Position numbers and translations under genes: made by a program. Below, piece by piece: positions 12,880 through 24,335 of a stretch of DNA of 64,000 nucleotides. Where the stretch lies: NCBI RefSeq assembly GCF_018350175.1, contig NC_058368.1, positions 234,610,001 to 234,674,000 on the forward strand, read 5' to 3'. The notes below the pieces were generated by a model. It ran no database searches. It was not told where the DNA came from and worked only from the letters and a program-made list of their open reading frames with translations. The stretch's first letter is position 1. Each line of letters opens with the position of its first letter. This stretch comes from Felis catus. Taxonomy: Eukaryota.

Positions 12880-13200
12880 TGTCTGGTTGATACACCCTAA
12901 GATGACTCTCAATGAGTCACACTCGTGTATAATCCTCTCTCCCTTGAGTGCAGGTGGAACCTGTGAGTCCTAACCAATAGAGTGTAACCAAGGAGAGGAC
13001 ACGTGCCTTCCCAGACCACATAACATCACCTAAGATGCCGTCTTAGCAGACTGGTGTGAAAGACATTCTTTCTTCCATTGGCCTTGATGATGCAAACGGC
13101 CATGTTGTGACCTGCCTGTAGAACCGAGGTGGCCTCCAGTGACAGCCTGTAGGAATCATAGTGCTCAAGGAGATGGATTCTGGAGCTGGAGCTCTTAGCC
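12880..13200 (+). mobile_element. MaLR LTR fragment (MLT1E-like)
   Basis: ctaagatg...gtgtataatcctctctcccttgagtgcaggtggaacctgtga...ctaaccaatag resembles the MLT1E 5' end. Confidence 0.6.
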
Positions 13201-13539
13201 AGTGTGTTAATAAACACAATGTGTTATGAGGTAGGACACCTGAATTATGACTGTTGTTTATCTCACTTGTCCGAGAGTCCGACACCGGGCTGCACAGACT
13301 TTAGCAGCAGACCGTTCATGAGCTCATTCGGCAGGCGAGGAGCTGTGAATTTCTTCCCTTCATGGGTGGGATGGAGCCCCCGCTGCACGCAAGGACTGTT
13401 TCTTGATAAAGAAGAGGCTGGGAGGAGACTCCGGAAGACCTCCCTGCCCTTCCTCTGCTGTGCTCCCTGGTGTGGGAGCCTGGTCCCTGCACCCTGCATC
13501 GCTCCAGACCCCTTGCTGGTGGATCGAGCTAGTGCTGCT

Positions 13540-13953
13540 TGTGGTGGTTGAACGTCCACGTCCCAACCCCCAGAACCTGGGAATGCTATCCTGTACGGCA
13601 AAGGGGACTTTGCAGCTGGGATTAGGTTAAGCATCATGAGATGGGGAGGCTGTCTGGATGATCCAGGTGGGCCCAAAGTAACAATAAGTGTCCTTATGGG
13701 GGAACCACAGGCAGGAGATCAGAGGAGGAAGTGGGAAAGTCACAATGGAGGTAAGAGGTTGGGGTGATGTGAAGCAGAAAAGACAGGAAAGGGATTCTCC
13801 CCTGGCGCCTGCGGAAGGAACCCCCGGCGACTCCTTGACTTTAGCCCAGTGAGACCGATTTCAAAATTCTGGTCTCCAGCACTGTAAGAAAATACATTTG
13901 TGTCGTTTTCAGCGTGTGGTGATTTCTTACTGCAGCCACAGGGAACTAATACA
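13540..13953 (+). mobile_element. MaLR solo LTR (MLT1D-like)
   Basis: TGT...ACA termini; ggcaaaggggactttgcag, gagatgggg, ccaggtgggccc, ttgactttagcccagtgagacc, gggaactaataca. Confidence 0.85.
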
Positions 13954-14340
13954 GCTGCCCTTTCTGCAAGAGGAATACCTCTCTTGCCTACCGCCGCGGG
14001 GCTGATGGGGACCCTGCGTGGACGGAGCTCTCTCATCCGTGTTGGGCTGGGCCGCGTGACTGGCGCCGTCCCATGAAGTGTGGGCCCTTCCAGGGCCCGG
14101 CACAGCCTCCTTGGTGGTCCTTGACCCGCCCTGACCCCCCTTGTCTGCCATGAGGATGGCACACCTGCTCTTCAGCCCAGACCCAGGTGTGATGGGCACT
14201 GGGGCAGAGTGAGAAACAGGCCTTCCTTGTGAGCCACCGAGATGGTTTGTCCCTGTGCACAGCCAGGTTCCTGGCCTGGGTCGGCCCGTGGGCGGCATTG
14301 GAAGGAGGGTTGCAGCAACCAGGGTGTCTTTGCTGCTTGT

Positions 14341-15508
14341 CAGCCCCAGCAGGTGTCCCAGGACCCTCTCCCCTCCCTTCAGCCCGAGCAGGTGTCCCTG
14401 GACCCCCTCCCCTCCCTTCAGCCCCAGCAGGTGTCCCTGGACCCTCTCCCCTCCCTTCAGCCCCAACAGGTATCCCTGCACCCTCTCCCCTCTCCCCTCC
14501 CTTCAGCCCCAGCAGGTGTCCCAGGACCCCTTCCCTCCCTTCAGCCCCAGCAGGTGTCCCAGGACCCTCTCCCTTCTCCCCTCTCTTCAACCCAGAGCTG
14601 TCCCTGGACCCTCTCCCCTCTCTTCAGCCCCAGCAGGTGTCCCAGGACCCTCTCCCCTCCCTTCAGCCCCAGCAGGTGTCCCAGGACCCTCTCCCTTCTC
14701 CCCTCTCTTCAACCCAGAGCTGTCCCCGGACCCTCTCCCCTCTCTTCAGCCCCAGCAGGTGTCCCAGGACCCTCTCCCCTCCCTTCAGCCCCAGCAGGTG
14801 TCCCAGGACCCTCTCCCCTCCCTTCAGCCCCAGCAGGTGTCCCTGGACCCTCTCCCCTCCCTTCAGCCCCAGCAGGTGTCCCAGGACCCCTTCCCCTCCC
14901 TTCAGCCCCAGCAGGTGTCCCTGGACCCTCTCCCCTCTCCCCTCCCTTCAGCCCCAGAGCTGTCCCCGGACCCTCTCCCCTCTCTTCAGCCCCAGCAGGT
15001 GTCCCAGGACCCTCTCCCCTCCCTTCAGCCCCAGCAGGTGTCCCAGGACCCTCTCCCTTCTCCCCTCTCTTCAGCCCCAGAGCTGTCCCCGGACCCTCTC
15101 CCCTCTCTTCAGCCCCAGCAGGTGTCCCTGGACCCTCTCCCCTCCCTTCAGCCCCAGCAGGTGTCCCAGGACCCCTTCCCCTCCCTTCAGCCCCAGCAGG
15201 TGTCCCTGGACCCTCTCCCCTCCCTTCAGCCCCAGCAGGTGTCCCTGGACCCCCTCCCCTCTCCCCTCTCTTCAGCCCCAGAGCTGTCCCCGGACCCTCT
15301 CCCCTCTCTTCAGCCCCAGCAGGTGTCCCAGGACCCTCTCCCCTCCCTTCAGCCCCAGCAGGTGTCCCAGGACCCTCTCCCTTCCCTTCAGCCCCAGCAG
15401 GTGTCCCAGGACCCTCTCCCCTCTCTTCAGCCCCAGCAGGTGTCCCAGGACCCTCTCCCCTCCCTTCAGCCCCAGCAGGTGTCCCTGGATCCTCTCCTCT
15501 CTCTTCAG
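14341..15508. repeat. VNTR, 39-bp unit CAGCCCCAGCAGGTGTCCCAGGACCCTCTCCCCTCCCTT, ~29 units
   Basis: Directly visible; about 24 standard units and 5 variant (cagagctgtcc) units. Confidence 0.97.
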
Positions 15509-16149
15509 AAATACCCCAGGAGGTATTTCTGGCAGCTGCTATGTGCTGGCTGTGGTTCCAGCTTTTGCCTTGTGGCCCCTCCTGAGGACCCAGCTCCTGC
15601 AGGGGACCTGGCCTCTGGGCTCCACTAACCTCTGCCTCTCTCTGGTAGTCCTCCCATCCTGGGGGAGGGTTCTCCTGCTTTAGCCAATCCTTGGGTTGCC
15701 TCATGGTTTGGTTTTCTGTCTCTTCTAACATCTTTGTAAACAGTTTCCCATATTAAATGTTGTCTATTGAGCTGTCTGGTATGGTCCTTGTTTTTCTGGC
15801 TACATAGAGCTGGAATAGCTGGTGAGTGAATTAAAAAGAAAGGAGAAAGACGACAGCTGCTGGCAAAGGAAACAGAACACGACGTGCGGGCGTGTTTTGG
15901 CGGTGGTAGGGAATATAAGAGATGCACGGACCCTCCACGCAACGAAGTGCAATTTACAGATGCTTCATTCTTGCAGATGATGCTGAAACCCCTACTCTCT
16001 TTCTTAGGCAGACACATTCACGCACATGCACACGTGTGCGCGCATCTGTCTGTGGGGCCCCCAACTGCATGTCCTTGGGAACGGGTAAAGGTTCCTGGGA
16101 AGCTGTGGTCTAGAGGTTCTGGATGGAAGCATATGGGAAGAGAAAACGC

Positions 16150-16560
16150 TGCATGTTTGCAAAACATGGCAGCGATGATTCCCCTCCCCGTCTGCAGTGT
16201 GACGTCCGCTCTCTTCTGTCAGGAGGTACCGTCTGTTTTTCTCCTGCTTGAATCTGGGCCGATCTCACGACTTGCTCTGACCGACAGTCGGTAACGGACG
16301 TGGTGCCGTGTCAGTGCCAAGTGCGGGCTTCATGGGGCCGTGTGCGCTTCTGCGGTCTCCTGAGAACCCTGCCCGGCTGCCGTCGTGGGCAGGTCAGGGC
16401 TGGTATGCAGGAGGATCAGAACCTCGTGGTGTAGACTGACCTACCCAGCGGAGGCCCCCTGGACCGACCAGCCCCCAGCTGACCCGGAAGCCGAGCTCAG
16501 GTCCGTGAGAGAGCCCCGCTGAGCCCAGAGCTGCCCGCCGAGTCCAGGCCAGATGTCACT
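16150..16560 (+). mobile_element. Old MaLR LTR fragment (MLT1F/G/H-like)
   Basis: gcagtgtgac...caggaggt...cttgaatctgggc...gacttgctctgacc motifs. Confidence 0.55.
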
Positions 16561-16887
16561 GAGGAGGAAGACTTGTAGAGCTGGCCTGGGGTCCCCGTGA
16601 GCACAAACACGGCACAGTACTTGGAGAGGAAGTTAAAAGCATAATCGTGTGCAGCCTGAGCCCAGTTCTATGGACCTTTCCAGGTCTACTGGTGAGAGGC
16701 TCTGGGAGGAACAGCAGGCCCACAGATGGACCGGGATTTCAGTGTGTAGGGCCATTGCAGCTGGGCGAGAGGGGGCCCGCCGCTGCTCAGTGTCCTGGGA
16801 CCCTTTCACCAAAGCCTCTCTTCACAGCAGAGAAGGACTCCGGCCTGGATTCCTGGTCTGGAAGCAGAGATAGAAGATCTGCCTCAT

Positions 16888-17197
16888 GGGGCACCGGGGT
16901 GGCTCAGTCCGTTAAGCATCCGACTCTTGGTTTTGGCTCAGGTCTTGGTCTCGAGGTTTCTTGAGCTGATAGCATGGAACCTGCTTGGGATTCTCCTCTC
17001 CTCTCCTCTCCTCTCCTCTCCTCTCCTCTCCTCTCCTCTCCTCTCCTCTCCAATCCTCTCCTCTCCTCTCCTCTCCTCTCCTCTCCTCTCCTCTCCTCTC
17101 CTCTCCCCTCCCCTCCCCTCCCCTCCCCTCCCCTCCCCTCCCCTCCCCTCCCCTCTTCTCTCTCTCTCTCAAAATAAATAAGTGAATTAAAAAAAAG
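16888..17197 (+). mobile_element. Can-SINE with an internal deletion and expanded (CTCTC)n/(CTCCC)n
   Basis: ggggcaccggggtggctcagtccgttaagc head, ~170-bp pentamer microsatellite, aaataaataa tail. Confidence 0.9.
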
Positions 17198-19962
17198 ACC
17201 TTCCACAGAACATTTTTTGAAAAATCATCACTCGTCTCACTTAAAGAATAATGAATACTGTCTAGTTTAATAGGCTTGCATTTGCTCTAAATAAAAGAAG
17301 TTAAACTTTGTCTGCCTTGAGCAACATTGTTGGCACGGAAAGTGTCCCTTGTTTTACCCTGGTGCTTTTTGTCCCTTTGGTGTGCTCGTGACCCCTGGTT
17401 GAAAAGCATGGTGGTGGGGCGGGCTGGGGAGGGTATAGAATCGTGGGACAGTTGGCTCGTAGGGTTTTAAACCCAGTTACCAGTTGGTTCTTGGACCCAG
17501 GTCTGCATTTTCAGCAATGCCTGAGGGCCATGTAGGCGAAGCGCCATTAATAGGTGCTTAATACGCACTAATTAGTACCCCTCTGCTGGGGAGAAAAGAA
17601 GTTTGCTAGAAGATGAAACGAACAAGGTACGTGTAAACGAGGAACTCACGTCTGAGCAACTGTGCCGCGTGGCTCTGCATGCAACGCGGGTCGTCTCTTC
17701 CGAGGGGAGCCCTTTGGAGGGAACGCTGGTCAGATGTTCCTCCTGCTTCTGCTCCGGGGTCTTGTCACGGCCCGCCCTCCTTGCTTCTCCGCAGTCTCTG
17801 CCTTGGAGCACACGCCATTCCGATCCTGGCGGGTTCTCGTTCCCCTAGTGGTGAGTCGGCCTGGGACCAACATACCAGTTGCAGAAACTTTCTAGTTTTT
17901 AATTGTGGATTTCAGAATTTCGGGATTGTTGGCTACTGTGTTTCTATTGCTCTCATTACTTGTTGGTGATGCTGGCTTCTGCACAGAGCTGTGCAGTTGT
18001 CAGAGCGGGGGACTCTCGGTGATGATGAGGCCACAGAAGCCCTTCTTTGCTTGCCCTTCCAGGAACCCAGTGGAAGAGCATAGGCTTGGAGAAGAGAAGA
18101 GGAGACCATGGGACACCAGCCAGGGGTAGGGAAGGTGCTGAGGGGCAGTGGGTTCCTCCTGACCCCCCCCCCCCCCCGGGTCCAGGGCACAGTGGGAGCC
18201 CAGATTCATTGGACACCGGTGCAGGCTTGTCCACACCACGGGTCACTGTTGATGGTGCTGTCCCTGCACCGAGGGTGATGCTGTAGGTCTTGAAGAGAAG
18301 AGGTGGGGCCTACGCTTCCCAGAGACACCTCACAACACCTCCTGTAGCCAGAGACACCCTGGGACACGATGGCACAGGCTGGAAAGTCTTCCTGGCATGA
18401 TCGACGGCCCGTTTGTAAGCACTTGTGCGCAAACGTGTTTACGGAGCCGGGTATCCCTGCCGTGACAGCCCTCTGGTGTTTACCAACTGGTGCCCTTACA
18501 CAGTGCTTATAAAATAATGCGCGGACGGGACAAGAGCAACTGTGAGCACCACGGCGCCTCTTTGTCAGAAAGTTTCTAATCCTTTCTCTCCCACTTCCTC
18601 TCCCCTGCCCTCTACCCAGGGCGCTGCCATTATTTTAGGGTTCCGGCCATAAAAAGAAAATTCTTTCACTTAGAGATGAATTTTCAGGCCCTAAGATTAT
18701 TGCTCTTATGGTACAACTATTGCTTTTGGGAGTGGCTGGCAAGTAATATCGTCAGACTTATTCTGAAACCAGAAATGAAGGTCAATTAAATGAACCTTAT
18801 TATTAAAGAGTTCACTAATTATGCAGCGTTGCACTTTCATTAGCTGCCCCCTTTGACAAAGGTAATAATGATTTTGAAGCTACATACAGAGAGAGGCAGT
18901 ATCCCGTATATAATTGCATATGCATGAGGGAAAAAAAATCATTGGTTTTCTTAGCGCCTTTAACCCGTTAGACGAGTGTGTGCCGACTTCAGGTAAGTGA
19001 TGCCAGACTGGCACGTTCCCTTGGACGCTATTCTCTTCTCATGTGTTGACACATATGTTCACTACTTCCTGTCCCTCGTGACCTCTTGTACGTTAATGGC
19101 CGATTGATAATATGGCCCCCAAATATGAGTGCAAGGAGAGGTGAGAGCTGGCCAGGGTTTTCGCCTCCAGTCAGCCTCTGGCTCAGGAAGCCTGATGGTG
19201 CCAGGGCACCTCTGTCGCGTCTCAGAGCCAGCGTGCACGGTTCCCTGACCTGCCAGCGGGGACGGCCAGGCCCGTCCCCTCCTTCCAGGGGGCGAGGAGT
19301 GGTGTCCGGTGTGGGACACGCGTGGGGCACCGAGGTGAGGCTGGGCTTCTGGCGCGGGGCCCTTACAGCCACGTCTGCCGCCTCCTTCTCTGCGGGTGAC
19401 GGTGCCGTGTGGCTTCTCGCGGGGACAAGCACTTCTGGAGATAAAGGCGGGGCCGGAAAGGTGCATCCTTGACTCAGGGCCCTGGGGGCCCTTCTGCTGG
19501 CCACCCGCCCACCTTCTCTTGCCTCAGCTGTTGGAAAGCACGTTAAAAGCTAGAGCGGGGTTCGGGTTCTGGGCGGTAGGTGCGGCAGTGGCTCTCCGGG
19601 GCCTTGGAGGGCCCCTCCGAGCCTCTGCTCCTTCTCTGGAAGGTGTCTGTGAACTAGCGATGGGAAGGTCAAGAGGTTGCCGCTGAAGGTCACGGAGAAG
19701 GGGAGGTCCGGCCACTGTGAAGTTACCAGATCAGTCAGCGGGAAAGTGGGGTTCAGAGCGGTGGAAGTGGAAATCACTTGAGATTTCTCCCCCAAAGCCC
19801 TCCTTTCGTAGATCAGAAGGCTGGCTCGGGAGGCACAGAGTGGGGCCTGGGATCCGGGCCTTGGGGTCCCAGGCTGGCTTCCTGCCACCCCTGTGGGTCG
19901 GCCTCTTCCGTGGGAGACAGAATCTGGCTCCTCAGTCAGGGTCAAACAGCCACCCCCAGGCT

Positions 19963-20145
19963 CCTGTCGTCGGGTTCGGGGTGGGGGGAAGTGGGGGGTT
20001 TCCGTGACCCTGTGTCAGGTTCGGGGTGGGGGGCAGTGGGGCATTTCCACGACCCTGTCATTGGGTTCAGGGGGTGGGCAGTGGTGATTTCCATGACCCT
20101 GTCGTTGGGTTTGGGGTGGGGGGGCAGTGGCGGTTTCCATGACCC
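19963..20145. repeat. G-rich minisatellite, four imperfect ~45-bp units
   Basis: Units start at 19963, 20009, 20054 and 20098 (cctgtcrtygggtt...ggggcagtgg...tttccatgac). Confidence 0.85.
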
Positions 20146-20364
20146 TAAGGAAGTAGCAGCAGGTGGAACGTTACCTGTCCTGTGAGGACACAGAGGGGGC
20201 CTGCGCCCCGCTGGCGGCTGGAAGCCCCGAAGCCATGTGAAGCTGGGCTCCTGCTCTGGGGGCCCCTCTCTGGGACCACAGCCCCGCGTTCTTGTCCCCC
20301 AGCCTTGCCGCCAGGCGCAGCCCTCTTCTGCCTCTGCCTCCTGCGGCCTGCCAAGCAGCCGGTC

Positions 20365-20760
20365 TGTCAGGGGTTGAATCTGTCCCCCAAAAGTGGCGTG
20401 GAGGTCCTAGAGCCTGGCGAATGTGACCTTATTTGGAAAGAAGGTCTTTGCCGACGTCATCAAGTTATGGTGAGGAGGTAGGAGACTAGGCTGGTGCTCA
20501 CCCCACAGGTGGTGTCCCCATAAGAAGAGGAATCCCAGGGTGGGCAAGCAGGGAGGGAAGGCCATGTGGCGTCACGCAGGGAGACTGCCACGTGGCCGCA
20601 GAGGCAGGGACTGGAACACCGGGAACCTGGGCAAGCACCGGGGCCGCGAGGAGGGCGCGGATCAGACACTCCCGTGGAGCCCGCAGAGGGAGCAAGGCCC
20701 TGCCACCACCCTGAGGACCCTGGCCTCCAGCCGCCCAGCCCCAGGGCTCTGTCACCCCAG
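20365..20760 (+). mobile_element. MaLR LTR (MLT1B/C-like), GC-shifted
   Basis: tgtcaggggttgaatctgtcccccaaaa...gaatgtgaccttatttggaaagaaggtctttgc. Confidence 0.8.
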
Positions 20761-22289
20761 CGCCCCTGTGTCCCCAGATCTCCCGCGCCACCCAGTCTGC
20801 AGGGCCACTCCGGTTCCTTGTCACAAGCAGTTTGCACACACCTGCCGGAGCTGGGACGCCCGCAGCTGCCTTCTCGCCCTTGGCAGAGTTCCTGCCTCCA
20901 CCCTGACAGCAGAGGGAGCTGAGTCCTGCTGTCCCCACCCATCTGCCCGCGGCAGAGGTGTCTGAACCCCGGTCACGGGGGCACTGCTCCTGGAGCGGCC
21001 CACAGGTGGCCTCCAGGGCCCAAGGCTCTCAGTGAACCTTTGTGCTAGGCGTCTGGTTAGCCATGCTCCGTGACCGCAGGCCGGGAGAACTGGGGGGAAG
21101 GTTTAGTCTTCATGAGCTTTGCTCATCTTGGGAAGCTGTATTTTTGATGAGTTTCTTAAAAGTAAATCAGTGACCTTTATGTTTAAGACTTTTTTTTTTT
21201 TTTTTTTTGAATGACGTTGGTTATAAGTTCAGGGAGAAATAAATTGGTGTTACACATTTGTGCTTATGAGAGAAGCTTTTACTAAAAACTGCTAAAGGCA
21301 GTCCCCCCCAGCATCTCGTCACTAACTAAAAGGCCCATTGAAACGGTATTGAAAGTCAAGTTGAGAAGCTTAGGAATGCAAAGAAATAAGCTTCATTGTA
21401 GTAGTCAGATCTCCATTAGAAACAGATCAGTTGCAATGAAAGCCACTGAAAATGAAGTAACATCTATTCTGCATTATCTCAGTTACAGTGCAGGGGTTCA
21501 TATTCTGGGAAGACCACTCAGCATGCGTTCTGAGACGACTTCTCTAGCTCACAGGGCGGGGGGTGGGGGTGGCACGTACTAGATGTAGGGAAGTGAGCAG
21601 ATTATATTCCCCAGATGTTAGGGGCTGTTATTCTCGGTCTAATTTCTGTATTTTCTGGAACCAATTTTTCCAGAGTCTGAATAGAGTTAGCATTGTGAGC
21701 TGGGGAGCCTGTCTTCTGACGGCGTAGGAGAAGCCCGAGAATTGGTTCACGTGTTCACACATTCACTCATTTGGCAAGCGATGATAATAAACACAGTGGC
21801 GATGCGCGGCCAGCTGCGAGCAAGGACCTGGTTCCACCACTGGAATTGCTCAGCATAATCAGAAGCTAAGAGACACATTCAGAAACAGTTCTTCTTCAGC
21901 CACGGTGCACGGGTCCTGATGTCACTACAAGTTGGGGGGGTCAAACCAAAAGCTGGTGTCCAGTGGGGACAGAGCCTCTTGCTGGGTGCCGATGGGTATG
22001 GTGAGGTGAGTGACCCTGGACTCTGGCCAGGCACAAGCCCCGTTCTCCAAGAGTTCGGTGGGAACACAAAGGCAGGAGGACACAGAGTGGTGGAGGAAAA
22101 GAAGGTTAGAAGAGTTTTGTGCAGCATTTTGTGGTATGACATCAGAACTGCCACCCAATTTATTGAAACCGAATTGTACAATGCAAAGATAAAGGTTATA
22201 GAAAACAACAGTTCCATTCCACAGATGGGAAAGTGAGGTCATTGTTAGTTTTAGGTTCTGTTTAGTTGGAAGGTTTATTATGGAGTATC

Positions 22290-23165
22290 TCTCCATCTAC
22301 ACATCCATATACTCACCTTCCTATCCATCCATCCATCTGTCCATCCATCCTTCCATCCATCCATCTTTCCATCCATCCACCTATCCATTCAGCCATTGTC
22401 CCATCCATCCATCCATCCATCCATCCATCCATCCATCCATCCTTCCATCCATCCACCTATCCATTCAGCCATTGTCCCATCCATCCATCCATCCTTCCAT
22501 CCACCATCCTGCCTATCCATCCATCCATCCATCCATCCATCCATCCATCCATCCATCCATCTTTCCATCCATCCACCTATCCATTCAGCCATTGTCCCAT
22601 CCATCCATTCATCCTTTCATCCACCATCCTTCCATCCACCATCCTGCCTATCCATCCATCCATCCATCCTTCCATCCATCCATCCATCCATCCATCCATC
22701 CATCCATCCATCCACCTATCCATTCAGCCATTGTCCCATCCATCCATCCATCCTTCCATCCATCCATCCATCCATCCTTCCATCCATCCACCTATCCATT
22801 CAGCCATTGTCCCATCCATCCATCCATCCATCCTTCCATCCACCATCCTTCCATCCACCATCCTGCCCATCCATCCATCCATCCATCCATCCATCCATCC
22901 TTCCATCCACCATCCTGCCTATCCATCCATCCATCCATCCATCCATCCATCCATCCATCCATCTTTCCATCCATCCACCTATCCATTCAGCCATTGTCCC
23001 ATCCATCCATCCATCCATCCACCCATCCATCCATCCATCCTTCCATCCATCCACCTATCCATTCAGCCATTGTCCCATCCATCCATCCATCCATCCATCC
23101 ATCCATCCATCCATCCATCCTTCTATCCATCCACCTATCCATTCAGCCATTGTCCCATCCATCCT
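22290..23165. repeat. Complex (TCCA)n repeat with eight copies of cassette acctatccattcagccattgtccc
   Basis: Directly visible; explains the SIHP/MDGW ORFs. Confidence 0.95.
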
Positions 23166-23845
23166 GGTTTCAGTATTTTGCATAGGTGACAGATGCTGGC
23201 AGACAGACGGGTTTCATATAGAACCTGGGGTTCTCCTTCAGTTGCCACATCTGCCATCCCCAGAACCAGTCTCTGGAAGGTGACAAAGCCTCTCTCCTGG
23301 CTCCCCAGGCCTTAGCACCCCCTCTCCTCTTTCTCAATTCCCTCAAGGGCATCCATTTCCTATAAGTGTCTCCCTTCCAACTCCCCAAGCCACATCCGGT
23401 CGCTCTCCTCCATTGGCCTCTGGGGCTCCTACTGGTGGGCCATGTGAGGCCCTGTGCTCAGCAAATCCCAGGGCATTCTTATTCCTCTGTCAGAACCAGC
23501 TGTAGGGACTGTAAGGCCATCTGTGTGCCCTGCCTCCCTCTCGGGTAGCATGCCAGTCAGGGCGTCCGGTTTCTTCATTCTTGCCATGTCTTTCTTGTTT
23601 GTGACTTGTTGATGTTCCTAGGCTCTGGTGCCAGGTTCTACCCCTGGACAGTGTGGCTCTTTGTGTCTATTTCATGGACAGTGGAGTAGATGTGGTATCA
23701 TCACAGCCTTCTCCTACTCAGCGCCTGGAACCACGGTCACCTTCTAGCCTCTAGGATCTGAGCATGATAGGATCTGAGCATGATGCTCTTGGGGCCTTTG
23801 AAAATGATTTGCAGATTTCAACTCCTTTAATCCTCAGCTTAAACT

Positions 23846-24207
23846 CACTATGGAGTGAGTGTTTGCATCCTCCCGAAATTCATAAGTTGGGACCCTCTCC
23901 CCAGTGTGATGGTTTTTGGAAGTGAGGATTTGGGGAGGAAGTAACAATCAGATTGGGTCATGAGGGTGGAGCCCCCATGATGGGATTAGAGCCCCCGTAA
24001 GGAACTGGAGGGATCAGAGCTTTCTTTCTCAGCCAGGATACAGCCAGAGGCAGCCTTCTGCAGGCCAGGAAGTAGGTGCTCAGCAGACACCACATCTACA
24101 GGCTTCTTGACCTTGGACCGAGCCTTCAGAAGTGTGACAAATAAAGCTTGCTGTTTAAGCCTCCCAGTCTATGGTAGTTTGTTCCACCAGACCAGACTGA
24201 AACGAGA
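23846..24207 (+). mobile_element. MaLR solo LTR (MLT1A0-like)
   Basis: ggtcatgagggtggagcccccatgatgggattag...aataaa...tgtttaagcctcccagtctatggtagtttgtt. Confidence 0.85.
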
Positions 24208-24224
24208 ATCTAACAAGGAAAGTC

Positions 24225-24335
24225 ACTGTGATACCCATTTTTACAAACAGGAGATTGAGGCCCAGAGAGGCTAAGTAACTTACCCAAACTACCCAGCTGG
24301 TAAGTGATAGAGCCCAGTCCAACCTGCTTTCAAAC
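24225..24335 (-). mobile_element. MIR SINE core fragment
   Basis: cccatttttaca...tgaggcccagagaggctaagtaacttacccaa...cagctggtaagtg matches the reverse MIR core. Confidence 0.75.

Noticed and set aside
11471..12973. Long Ile/Ser/His/Tyr-rich ORFs
   Set aside because: Translation of TCTA/TCCA repeats.
14229..15731. 340-484 aa ORFs on both strands (QPQQVSQDPLPSL, SAPAGVPGPSPLP repeats)
   Set aside because: Open in all three + frames and one - frame because the 39-bp unit lacks stops; no frame preference or recognisable protein.
22266..23283. SIHP-repeat ORFs and a CRISPR-like repeat-spacer appearance
   Set aside because: Spacers are simple TCCA runs, there are no cas genes, and the DNA is mammalian.
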